From: a virus
IMG/VR virus record: IMGVR_UViG_3300032240_001667
Coordinates: 1 to 64,000 of that record
Direction: 5' to 3' (one strand)
Length of the DNA: 64,000 bases
Part shown: piece after piece, positions 55,777-64,000 of the stretch
Position numbering within the stretch: position 1 is the stretch's first letter
Layout of the letters: each line of letters starts with the position of its first letter
Made by a program: the position numbers and the translations under genes
Notes under the pieces: generated by a model
Database searches by the model: none
What the model saw: the letters and a program-made list of their open reading frames with translations, nothing else
What the model was told of the DNA's origin: nothing

Positions 55777-55967
55777 TGATTAAATGCAACAAGTGTAAAA
55801 ACAACATGTTTGTAGATAGACAATATTCATCTGCAATGCATTTAGAAATTTATTGTATTATTTGCGGAAATAGAAAATTTTATAATCCACCACAGAATTC
55901 ATCGGAGGGAAGATGGCTCTTAGAAAAGGAAGCATTGAGAGCGAAGGCTACAATCTCGCCCCTGTAA
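55776..55967 (+). CDS. Zn-ribbon protein
   Basis: CNKC...CIICG. Confidence 0.7.
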   Translation: MIKCNKCKNNMFVDRQYSSAMHLEIYCIICGNRKFYNPPQNSSEGRWLLEKEALRAKATISPL

Positions 55968-56455
55968 TACCTGGCAATAAAAAAGTTTGGTTTTTAAATA
56001 AAGATTTGGTTAGGGTTTATCATTTAAATAAATCAAATGGAATAATGTCTGTTTATAACATTACACAAGATAGAATAGAAAGTTGTTTAATTGGTGATTT
56101 TAAAAGTAAAAGAGAACGAGCCTATACTGTTGGAGAGACTGCAATTCTTGTTAATAGACATAAAAAATATATGCCATCTTTAATGAAACGAGGAATTATT
56201 CCTTTTCCAACTGGATCACAAAAAGGTGGTGCAAGAGGTTTTAGAGTTAGATCTTATTATTCAGAATCTCAAGTTAGAGAGATACGTGATATACTTGCTA
56301 CTTACCATATTGGAAGACCAAGAAAAGATAATTTAATAACAAATGATATGACACCCAGCACTCAAGAGTTGACAAGACGCATGGGGGACGGTATACTTAA
56401 ATACGTAAGAACTGAAGATGGAAGATTTGTTCCAGTTTGGAATGAATCCATTTAA
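55913..56455 (+). CDS. MerR-like/excisionase-type HTH DNA-binding protein
   Basis: AYTVGETAILVNRH...RSYYSESQV. Confidence 0.6.
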   Translation: MALRKGSIESEGYNLAPVIPGNKKVWFLNKDLVRVYHLNKSNGIMSVYNITQDRIESCLIGDFKSKRERAYTVGETAILVNRHKKYMPSLMKRGIIPFPTGSQKGGARGFRVRSYYSESQVREIRDILATYHIGRPRKDNLITNDMTPSTQELTRRMGDGILKYVRTEDGRFVPVWNESI

Positions 56456-56468
56456 CGAAGGGCATAAA

Positions 56469-56672
56469 ATGGAAGAAACAAAGGTATCTGTAACATTAGG
56501 ATATACGCTTAACCTAGGTAATTTTCAATCTTTAAGACTAGATCTTGGAGTTATTGATTCAAAGCGTGAAGGTGAAAATACAGATCAGGCATTTGAGCGT
56601 GTATATAAGTTTGTTGAAGATAAGTTAACTGATAAAATTAAAGAAGCACAGACAGAAGCATCTGAGTCATAA
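56469..56672 (+). CDS. Conserved phage protein (TLNLGNFQSLRLD)
   Basis: ORF track; GAAGGG RBS. Confidence 0.7.
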   Translation: MEETKVSVTLGYTLNLGNFQSLRLDLGVIDSKREGENTDQAFERVYKFVEDKLTDKIKEAQTEASES

Positions 56673-56980
56673 TGGCTGAACGCAAAGACCGAATGGCTTT
56701 GCTTAGTAGATACAACAAACTGCATTTGCAAAGATACGAGCAAAAGTCTAACATGAATCTTAATGTAGAACAATGGGCTGCGGATGGCTTGGTTGAGTCA
56801 TATGGAATTTCTCAATGTTATGATTTATTAGATTATTATTTTAATATTGCACAAGATCCAAATTGGAATTTCTTTGCATACAATGCAGAAAAAATTCTTA
56901 ATGGTAAAATTGATAAAGAGCAAGATGATAAAGAACGAATAGAGCGTAGGAAAAAAGCAAAGGAGTGGTTAAATCAATAA
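56672..56980 (+). CDS. Hypothetical protein (possible helicase loader)
   Basis: ORF track; directly upstream of DnaB. Confidence 0.6.
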   Translation: MAERKDRMALLSRYNKLHLQRYEQKSNMNLNVEQWAADGLVESYGISQCYDLLDYYFNIAQDPNWNFFAYNAEKILNGKIDKEQDDKERIERRKKAKEWLNQ

Positions 56981-58193
56981 TACAGAGGCAAAGTTAATCA
57001 CTGCAGTTTTACAAGATAAACAGGTTCATGTATTGCTACAAGCAAACATTGAAAATTTGCTTAGAACGCATAGTGATATTTGGAATTTTATTAGAAATTA
57101 TTCTGAACACAATGGAACAGTCCCACCAGTATCTTTAGTGGTGGAAAAGTTTAGAGACTTTGTTCCAGTTGAAGGAATTGGTGCAACCAAGCATCATCTT
57201 GATGAGTTGCAAGTTGAATATTTAAACGATAGTCTTAAAGATATTATTAGAAATGCTGCAACTGAGATTCAAGGTGGAGAAGGTTCCAAAGCACTTGAAG
57301 ATTTAATTACAAAAACATCAGAACTCAAAAAAAATACATCTTCAATTCGTGATATTGATGCAACTGATATTGATTCTGCAATTGCATATTTTGAGAATGT
57401 AAAAAAACAACAAGCACTTGGACACATAGGAATTAAAACTGGTTTGCCAGGATTTGATAATTATTTGCCATCTGGAATTATGCCAGGACAGTTGGGCGTA
57501 TTTCTTGCATATCCAGGAATTGGAAAGTCTTGGCTTGCATTGTATTTTGCAGTACAGGCTTGGAAACAAGGAAAGACCCCATTAATTATTTCTCTTGAGA
57601 TGTCCGAAACAGAAGTTCGCAATCGTGCTTTTACAATTATGGGTGAAGGTCTTTGGTCGCATAGGAAATTAAGTAATGGTGAAGTTGAAATGGATATGCT
57701 TAAAAAGTGGCATGCAGACAAACTTCAAGGAAAGCCACACTTTCATATCATTTCAAATGATCAAGGTGGCGAAGTTACCCCCTCAGTTATTCGTGGAAAG
57801 ATTGATCAATATAAACCAGACTTTGTTATCGTGGACTACTTGCAACTTATGAGTCCAAATCAAAAATCAGATAATGAAACAGTACGAATGAAAAATCTTT
57901 CAAGAGAACTAAAACTTATGGCTATTAGTGAAGAGGTGCCGATCATGGCTATTTCCTCTGCAACCCCAGACGATGTAAAAGACTTAAGTACTGTTCCAAC
58001 ATTGGGTCAAACTGCATGGTCAAGGCAGATTGCATATGATGCTGATTGGGTTTTAGCACTTGGTCGTGGAACAAATAGCGATATTATTGAATGTGCGTTT
58101 AGAAAAAATCGTAATGGATTTATGGGTGATTTCTTAGTTCAATGTGATTTTGACAGGGGTTATTATAGATATAAAGATTTTGAAGATAAGTAG
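56973..58193 (+). CDS. dnaB: DnaB-like replicative helicase (start probably ATC at 56973)
   Basis: Walker A AYPGIGKS, SLEMS, VDYLQLM, YDADWV, KNRNG. Confidence 0.9.
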   Translation: MNNTEAKLITAVLQDKQVHVLLQANIENLLRTHSDIWNFIRNYSEHNGTVPPVSLVVEKFRDFVPVEGIGATKHHLDELQVEYLNDSLKDIIRNAATEIQGGEGSKALEDLITKTSELKKNTSSIRDIDATDIDSAIAYFENVKKQQALGHIGIKTGLPGFDNYLPSGIMPGQLGVFLAYPGIGKSWLALYFAVQAWKQGKTPLIISLEMSETEVRNRAFTIMGEGLWSHRKLSNGEVEMDMLKKWHADKLQGKPHFHIISNDQGGEVTPSVIRGKIDQYKPDFVIVDYLQLMSPNQKSDNETVRMKNLSRELKLMAISEEVPIMAISSATPDDVKDLSTVPTLGQTAWSRQIAYDADWVLALGRGTNSDIIECAFRKNRNGFMGDFLVQCDFDRGYYRYKDFEDK

Positions 58194-58207
58194 GTATAAT
58201 ATGAAGT

Positions 58208-58534
58208 ATGACACAGTTTCACCATAGGCAGATTAAACATTTTAATTTAAGTGGTATTATTCACGATGAATCTGCTATTGGAAGACTAAAAAATGAATAT
58301 ATAAGATTAATAACATCAGAAATGAAGTTTGCAGGATATGCTCCAAGGTTTGACTTAGAACCTGATTTTACTGTAGACTATGATGAAAAAAAGAAAATAT
58401 TTGAATTTGAATTAACAATATATGGAATATATGTAGGGAAAAGGAAGGCACAATGGATAGCAGGGGTAGACAGGTACAACGCAATACATATACAAAAGAA
58501 CAAATCAAAAGAGTTCTTACAGGAACAGGCGTAA
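58208..58534 (+). CDS. Hypothetical protein
   Basis: ORF track; TATAAT upstream. Confidence 0.7.
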   Translation: MTQFHHRQIKHFNLSGIIHDESAIGRLKNEYIRLITSEMKFAGYAPRFDLEPDFTVDYDEKKKIFEFELTIYGIYVGKRKAQWIAGVDRYNAIHIQKNKSKEFLQEQA

Positions 58535-59397
58535 CCATAGAGTCAGAAGTTGACTCTGACTATATTATCTTTTGTCCTTATCATAATAACAATAAAACCC
58601 CAGCAGGAGAAATTGATAAGTTTAATGGAACCTTTTTTTGTTTTTCTTGTCATCATATTGCAGATCTTGTAGAGTTTGTAATGCATATGTCAAATAGAAC
58701 TTATTTTGAATCTATAAGATATATTAAAAGCAAAGAAACAGAACAAGACCTAGAAAAAGATATTAATCAAAAACTTATTTCAAAACCAGATTTTATACAA
58801 TATGATGAATTAATTCTTAAAAGATTATATAATAATTTAACAATATCAGATAGAGCAAAAGACTATTTTAAATATAGAAAAATTACAACAAATTCTTGGA
58901 TTAAATTTTCTTTGGGTTATTCAGAAAAACAAGATATGGTTATTGTTCCTGTTCATAGTCCAGATGGTATTGCTGTTGGTTTTGTAGGAAGGTCTATTGA
59001 AGGAAAAGAGTTTAAGAATACTCCAGGTTTGCCAAAAGCAAAAACATTATTTAATTTAAATCGTGTTAAAACAGCAGACAAGGTTTATGTGGTAGAATCA
59101 TCTTTTGACGCTATTCGTTTAGATCAAGTTGGTTTTCCAGCAGTTGCAACCCTTGGTGCAAATGTATCAAACATACAAATAGAATTGCTTCAAAAATATT
59201 TCAATAATATTATTGTTATTGCAGATAATGATGAAGCAGGAGGAAACATGAAGACTAAGATAATTGAAAAACTTGGCTCTCGTGTATCCGTTATACAACT
59301 TAATAAAGAATATAAAGACATAGGCGATATGGATGATAAGTCAATTAAAGAACTAGAGTATCAGTTTGACAAATCAATACTATCCATGCTAAACTAA
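58453..59397 (+). CDS. dnaG: DNA primase (CHC2 Zn finger + TOPRIM)
   Basis: CPYH...CFSC; VVESSFDA; ADNDEAG; KDIGD. Confidence 0.9.
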   Translation: MDSRGRQVQRNTYTKEQIKRVLTGTGVTIESEVDSDYIIFCPYHNNNKTPAGEIDKFNGTFFCFSCHHIADLVEFVMHMSNRTYFESIRYIKSKETEQDLEKDINQKLISKPDFIQYDELILKRLYNNLTISDRAKDYFKYRKITTNSWIKFSLGYSEKQDMVIVPVHSPDGIAVGFVGRSIEGKEFKNTPGLPKAKTLFNLNRVKTADKVYVVESSFDAIRLDQVGFPAVATLGANVSNIQIELLQKYFNNIIVIADNDEAGGNMKTKIIEKLGSRVSVIQLNKEYKDIGDMDDKSIKELEYQFDKSILSMLN

Positions 59398-59420
59398 CAT
59401 ATACAATAAAAGGAGAAAAA

Positions 59421-60074
59421 ATGAGCATCATTAAAGGACTAAAAGATATCAGTGCAATACTTGACAAGCCAAAGTTTGAAAGTACAGGACAAAAGGTTCG
59501 TTGGGTAAAGTTGGCAGATGGACAATCTGCAAAAATTAGATTTGTAGAAGAGTTGGATCAAGATTCTGCAAATTATAATGAAAGTCGTGGACTTTCTGTT
59601 GTTGTTTCAGAACATACAAACCCAAAAGATTATAAGCGTAAGGCTGCATGCACAATGGAGTCAGAGGGCAGATGCTTTGGTTGTGAAATGGCAAAGAAGG
59701 AACCAAAGTCAGGCTGGCGAGCAAGACTTCGTTTTTATTGCAATGTTCTTATTAATGACGGAACAGAAGATGCATACATTGCTGTTTGGTCACAAGGCAT
59801 TTCAAAGCAATCAGCATTTAACAATATTCGTGAATATGCCCTTGACACAGGAAGCGTATCTAATCTTGAGTGGAAGTTAAAGCGTAATGGTCAGGGAACT
59901 GAAACAAATTACACACTTCTTCCAAGCAAGCCAGATTCAGAACCATTTAATTGGGAAGGTTTTGAATACTTCAACCTAGAAAAGGTTGTTCGTGAAGTTC
60001 CATATCCAGAGCAAGAAGCATTTTACTTTGGATTTGACACTCCATCTGTTACCAGCACAAATATTGACTGGTAA
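59421..60074 (+). CDS. Single-stranded DNA-binding protein (gp32-like, Zn-binding)
   Basis: H...C...CFGC; KRNGQGTETNY; acidic C-terminus ending in W. Confidence 0.7.
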   Translation: MSIIKGLKDISAILDKPKFESTGQKVRWVKLADGQSAKIRFVEELDQDSANYNESRGLSVVVSEHTNPKDYKRKAACTMESEGRCFGCEMAKKEPKSGWRARLRFYCNVLINDGTEDAYIAVWSQGISKQSAFNNIREYALDTGSVSNLEWKLKRNGQGTETNYTLLPSKPDSEPFNWEGFEYFNLEKVVREVPYPEQEAFYFGFDTPSVTSTNIDW

Positions 60075-60077
60075 TTG

Positions 60078-63000
60078 ATGAATTACGTAGGCTTACATGT
60101 ACATACCCATTACTCGTTATTTGACGGGATTGCTACTCCAGAAGAATACATTGACCGTGCAGTTGAGTTAGGGATGCCAGCAATTGCCATCACTGACCAC
60201 GGTACTTTATCTGGGCATAGGGAACTGCACCGTATTGCAAAAGCAAAAGGTATTAAGCCTATACTTGGTGTAGAAGGCTATATGTGTCAAGATAGATTTG
60301 ATACTAGAGATAAGTCTGAAAGAGACGGAGATCTAGATTTAATCTATAACCATATAGTCCTTCTCGCCAAGAACCAAATTGGTTTGGAAAATCTAAATAA
60401 GATTAATGAGATTGCATGGACAGAAGGATATTTTAAGAAGCCAAGGTTTGACTTTGAGATTCTTGAAAAGTATTCAGAAGGAATCATGGTTACTTCTGCT
60501 TGCCCAAGTAGTGTACTTGTAAAAGCACTTGAAAATAATGAATTTGCTATTGCTAAAAAACACATTGAATGGTTTAAGCGAGTCTTTAACGATGACTACT
60601 ATATTGAGGTAATGCCACATAACCCAGCAGAAATCAACAAACAACTAATTCAATTAGCAGATGAGTTTGCTGTACAAGTTGTTGTTACCCCAGACTGCCA
60701 TCACAGTTCAACTGATCAAAAAGAAATTCAAGAGTTTAAACTTCTGCTTAACACCCATGTAAAAATTGATAAAGAACATACTTTTGAAAAATCTAAAAAA
60801 CATACAGATATGATGAAGCGTCTTGATTATCTATACGGAGAAGATCGTCAGATTACTTTTAATAAGTTTGACATTCACCTTCTTTCTTATGAAGAGATGA
60901 AGACTGCCATGGAAGCACAAGGCATTGATCGTCCAGACATTTATTCCAATACATTACTTGTGGCTGACAAAGTTAAAGATTATGGAATTCAAGAAGGACT
61001 AGACCTCCTCCCAGTTCAATACAAAAACCCAGATGAAGAATTAAGGTCTTTGGCATTAGAAGGTCTTGTGTCTAGAGGCATTGAAGGAAAAAAAGAATAT
61101 CTAGATAGATTAGATGAAGAATTAAATGTTATAAAAGATAAAAAGTTTGCTCCATACTTTCTTGTTGTTCGAAGTATGATTAATTGGGCAAAAAAAGAAG
61201 ACATCATGGTTGGTCCAGGCCGAGGATCTGCTGCAGGTTCTTTACTGTGTTATGCACTTAACATAACGGATATTGATCCTATACAACATGGATTATTGTT
61301 TTTCCGTTTTATTAACCCAGAGCGAAATGACTTTCCAGATATTGATACCGATATTCAAGATTCTCGTAGAGAAGAAGTAAAAGATTATTTAGTTAGACAG
61401 TATCGACATGTTGCATCCATTGCTACATTTTTATCTTTTAAAGATAAAGGCGTAGTCAGAGATGTTGCAAGAGTTTTAAATATTCCTCTAACAGATGTAA
61501 ATAAAGTTCTTAAACTTGTGGACACCTGGGATGAATACTGTACATCAAAAACAACTCAAGAGTTTCGTGATAAATATCCAGAAGTAGAAATTTATGGAGA
61601 ACAACTTCGTGGAAGAATCAGAGGAACGGGTATTCATGCTGCTGGAGTTGTAACCAGTAAAGATCCAATTTTTAGATTTGCTCCAATGGAAACTAGATCT
61701 ATAACTGGTCAAGATGGAAGAATTCCAGTCGTAGCGGTTGACATGGAAGAAGCAGAGAGAATTGGATTAATTAAGATTGATGCTCTTGGACTTAAAACTT
61801 TATCGGTTTTAAAAGATGCATTAGACATAATTGAAGAACGAGATGGAAAAGTTATTGACCCATTAAAAATTCCAATGGATGATCCAAATGTATACGCAAT
61901 GCTTTCTGACGGATATACAAAGGGAGTGTTTCAGTGTGAAGCAGCACCATATACAAATTTATTAATAAAGATGCGTGTTAAGAGTCTTGAAGAACTTTCA
62001 GCATCAAATGCTTTAGTTCGACCAGGAGCAATGAATACAATTGGAAAAGATTATATTGCTATTAAACATGGTCGTCAAAATCCAGATTATAAACATCAAG
62101 TTATTAAATCATTTACGGAGGAAACCTATGGTTGTATTCTTTACCAAGAGCAAGTTATGCAAGCATGCGTACAACTTGGCGGTATGTCCATGTCGGAAGC
62201 AGATAAAGTTAGAAAGATCATTGGTAAGAAAAAAGATGCTAAAGAATTTGATGTATTTAAAGATAAGTTTGTTAAGGGTGCCTCTCAATACATTTCGCCG
62301 AATCAAGCCTTAGATTTATGGCATGATTTTGAGGCTCATGCAGGTTATTCTTTTAATAAATCTCATGCGGTTGCTTATTCTACATTATCATATTGGACAG
62401 CATGGTTAAAATATCATTATCCACTAGAGTTTATGTACTCATTATTAAAAAATGAAAAGGACAAAGATGCAAGAACTGAGTATCTTATTGAAGCAAAAAG
62501 AATGGGGATTAGCATTAAACTACCTCACATTAACGATTCCGATATTGATTTTAAAATTGAGGGTAAAGGCATTAGGTTTGGTTTATCGGGTATTAAGTTC
62601 ATTTCCGATAAGATTGCAGAAAGATATATTTCTGCTAGGCCTTTTAGTTCGTATTCTCAACTTGAAGAATTTACTTTTACAAAAGGAAATGGAGTTAACA
62701 GTCGTGCTTTACAAGCATTACGAGTTGTTGGTGCAGCAACATTTAATGATAATCCAAGAAATGAACAAGAGATTAAAGAAAACTTATACGAGTATTTAAA
62801 TTTGCCAGAGTTTAATATTTCTGTACCATCACACTATTATGCTTTTATTAATGATATTAATGACTTTGAAGAAAAGGGGTCATACATATTAATGGGAATG
62901 GTAAAATCTATTAAAAGAGGAACTGGTTGGTCTAGAGTAGAAGTTTTAGATAAAACTGGTAGTGTTGGAATTTTTGACGAAGAGCAGACTACAATTGAAA

Positions 63001-63350
63001 CAGGTTCTTCCTATATTATTCTTGCAAATGATAATAGAATTTTATCTGCAGTTCCAATTGATGAAATAAAAACATCTGGTACTGGCTTGGTTAAGTTTTT
63101 AAGTTATAAGCAATTACCATACAAAGATGAAGAAATGATGGTTGTTTCTTTTAAGCCAAGGACAACAAAGGCTGGCAAAAAGATGGCATCACTAACACTT
63201 GCAGACTCATCAAGAGATTTACATTCAGTAACCGTTTTTCCAACTCATTTTGCAAAAGCATATATGCATTTAGAAGAAGGAAAGGCTTATAAATTTTCTT
63301 TTGGTAAAACAAAAGATGGAACAATTACATTGGAGGATATAAATGCTTGA
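60078..63350 (+). CDS. dnaE: DNA polymerase III alpha subunit (family C)
   Basis: HVHTHYS, TDHG (PHP); GRGSAAGS; PDIDTD; GYSFNKSHA. Confidence 0.96.
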   Translation: MNYVGLHVHTHYSLFDGIATPEEYIDRAVELGMPAIAITDHGTLSGHRELHRIAKAKGIKPILGVEGYMCQDRFDTRDKSERDGDLDLIYNHIVLLAKNQIGLENLNKINEIAWTEGYFKKPRFDFEILEKYSEGIMVTSACPSSVLVKALENNEFAIAKKHIEWFKRVFNDDYYIEVMPHNPAEINKQLIQLADEFAVQVVVTPDCHHSSTDQKEIQEFKLLLNTHVKIDKEHTFEKSKKHTDMMKRLDYLYGEDRQITFNKFDIHLLSYEEMKTAMEAQGIDRPDIYSNTLLVADKVKDYGIQEGLDLLPVQYKNPDEELRSLALEGLVSRGIEGKKEYLDRLDEELNVIKDKKFAPYFLVVRSMINWAKKEDIMVGPGRGSAAGSLLCYALNITDIDPIQHGLLFFRFINPERNDFPDIDTDIQDSRREEVKDYLVRQYRHVASIATFLSFKDKGVVRDVARVLNIPLTDVNKVLKLVDTWDEYCTSKTTQEFRDKYPEVEIYGEQLRGRIRGTGIHAAGVVTSKDPIFRFAPMETRSITGQDGRIPVVAVDMEEAERIGLIKIDALGLKTLSVLKDALDIIEERDGKVIDPLKIPMDDPNVYAMLSDGYTKGVFQCEAAPYTNLLIKMRVKSLEELSASNALVRPGAMNTIGKDYIAIKHGRQNPDYKHQVIKSFTEETYGCILYQEQVMQACVQLGGMSMSEADKVRKIIGKKKDAKEFDVFKDKFVKGASQYISPNQALDLWHDFEAHAGYSFNKSHAVAYSTLSYWTAWLKYHYPLEFMYSLLKNEKDKDARTEYLIEAKRMGISIKLPHINDSDIDFKIEGKGIRFGLSGIKFISDKIAERYISARPFSSYSQLEEFTFTKGNGVNSRALQALRVVGAATFNDNPRNEQEIKENLYEYLNLPEFNISVPSHYYAFINDINDFEEKGSYILMGMVKSIKRGTGWSRVEVLDKTGSVGIFDEEQTTIETGSSYIILANDNRILSAVPIDEIKTSGTGLVKFLSYKQLPYKDEEMMVVSFKPRTTKAGKKMASLTLADSSRDLHSVTVFPTHFAKAYMHLEEGKAYKFSFGKTKDGTITLEDINA

Positions 63351-63660
63351 TGATTTAGCAATGCAGTTGCATGCTGTTGCAGTAGAAAAAGGTTTTTGGC
63401 CTGAAGAAGTAGATGATATTTTTATTGCTAAGCAATGCATGATGATTGTTTCTGAAGTTACAGAAACTATGGAAGCAATTAGAAAAGATAAAGGCGAAGA
63501 AGAAATAACAAAAGAGGTTGCAGATATCTTAATTCGAACTTTGGATTTGTATGCAGGATTAGTTGAAGCAGGGTATACTAAGTTATCACTTGATTATTCA
63601 CTTGAGGAAAAAACGCAGTTTAATAAAACTAGACCAGAGAAGCATGGAGTAAGATTCTAA
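63343..63660 (+). CDS. MazG-like nucleotide pyrophosphohydrolase
   Basis: SEVTETMEAIRK...EVADILIR. Confidence 0.8.
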   Translation: MLDDLAMQLHAVAVEKGFWPEEVDDIFIAKQCMMIVSEVTETMEAIRKDKGEEEITKEVADILIRTLDLYAGLVEAGYTKLSLDYSLEEKTQFNKTRPEKHGVRF

Positions 63661-64000
63661 TGACAGTAACAGTAGAAGAGGCATTAGCACAACTAGATCC
63701 AAAACTAAGAAAAAAGTTGGGTAACGGGGTTGGAGTAAATTATGAGTATCAACCAACACCTAGTTATGGTTTAAATCGTGCATTAGGCGGTGGGTTGCCA
63801 TATGGCAGACAGGTTCTTATATGGGGTTCAAAGTCATCCGCAAAGTCCTCTATGTGCCTTCAAATGATTGCTCTAGCACAAGCCGAAGGAAAGTTGTGTG
63901 CTTGGATTGATTCAGAAATGTCTTATTCAGAAGATTGGGCCAGAACTCTTGGGGTAGATCCAGAAAAATTAATTTATTCACAGGCAAGAACTATTAGTGA
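63660..64000 (+). CDS. recA: RecA/UvsX-like recombinase (truncated by the window end)
   Basis: Manual translation: LNRALGGGLPYGRQVLIWGSKSSAKSS...CAWIDSE...LGVDPEKL. Confidence 0.85.
   Translation, partial: MTVTVEEALAQLDPKLRKKLGNGVGVNYEYQPTPSYGLNRALGGGLPYGRQVLIWGSKSSAKSSMCLQMIALAQAEGKLCAWIDSEMSYSEDWARTLGVDPEKLIYSQARTIS

Noticed and set aside
57033-63350. Inteins or introns in DnaB or DnaE (also checked NrdJ)
   Set aside because: Protein lengths and motif spacing are normal, and no insertions were seen.
1-64000. tRNA genes, integrase/att site, alternative genetic code
   Set aside because: No cloverleaf or integrase motifs were noticed by eye, and long genes translate intact with the standard code. 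tRNAscan-SE would be needed to exclude tRNAs formally.

Overview
This 64-kb window is part of a large, AT-rich, long-tailed (siphovirus-type) dsDNA phage genome. The host is inferred to be an actinobacterium, possibly a low-GC freshwater lineage. The inference rests on a perfect actinobacterial LexA box, PafBC/RecA-NDp-type promoters, many leaderless extended -10 promoters, a PASTA domain and a DnaE-type polymerase. Layout: (1) 1-3300, a divergent early-like region of small ORFs and strong sigma-70-type promoters densely decorated with host-regulator-like sites. (2) 3300-24100, accessory virion and tail-fibre genes, including two low-complexity proteins that end in near-identical Hint (intein-like) domains. 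One of these lies directly upstream of a sulfotransferase, a prolyl-4-hydroxylase-like 2OG-Fe(II) oxygenase and a GT60 (Skp1-hydroxyproline GlcNAc-transferase-like) enzyme. (3) A class II ribonucleotide reductase. (4) Head and tail morphogenesis genes: portal, protease-scaffold, capsid, tail tube, duplicated tail chaperones, a 2870-aa tape measure and baseplate genes. (5) Replication genes: DnaB, primase, SSB, DnaE, MazG-like, and a RecA-like gene truncated by the window. No terminase, integrase, tRNA or CRISPR array was seen. The best candidate for an undescribed system is a phage-encoded pathway that hydroxylates, glycosylates and sulfates an autoprocessed Pro/Thr-rich surface protein. The second is the multi-regulator promoter cluster with a duplicated box-hairpin-box leader element. 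All functional calls come from motif recognition by eye, not database searches.
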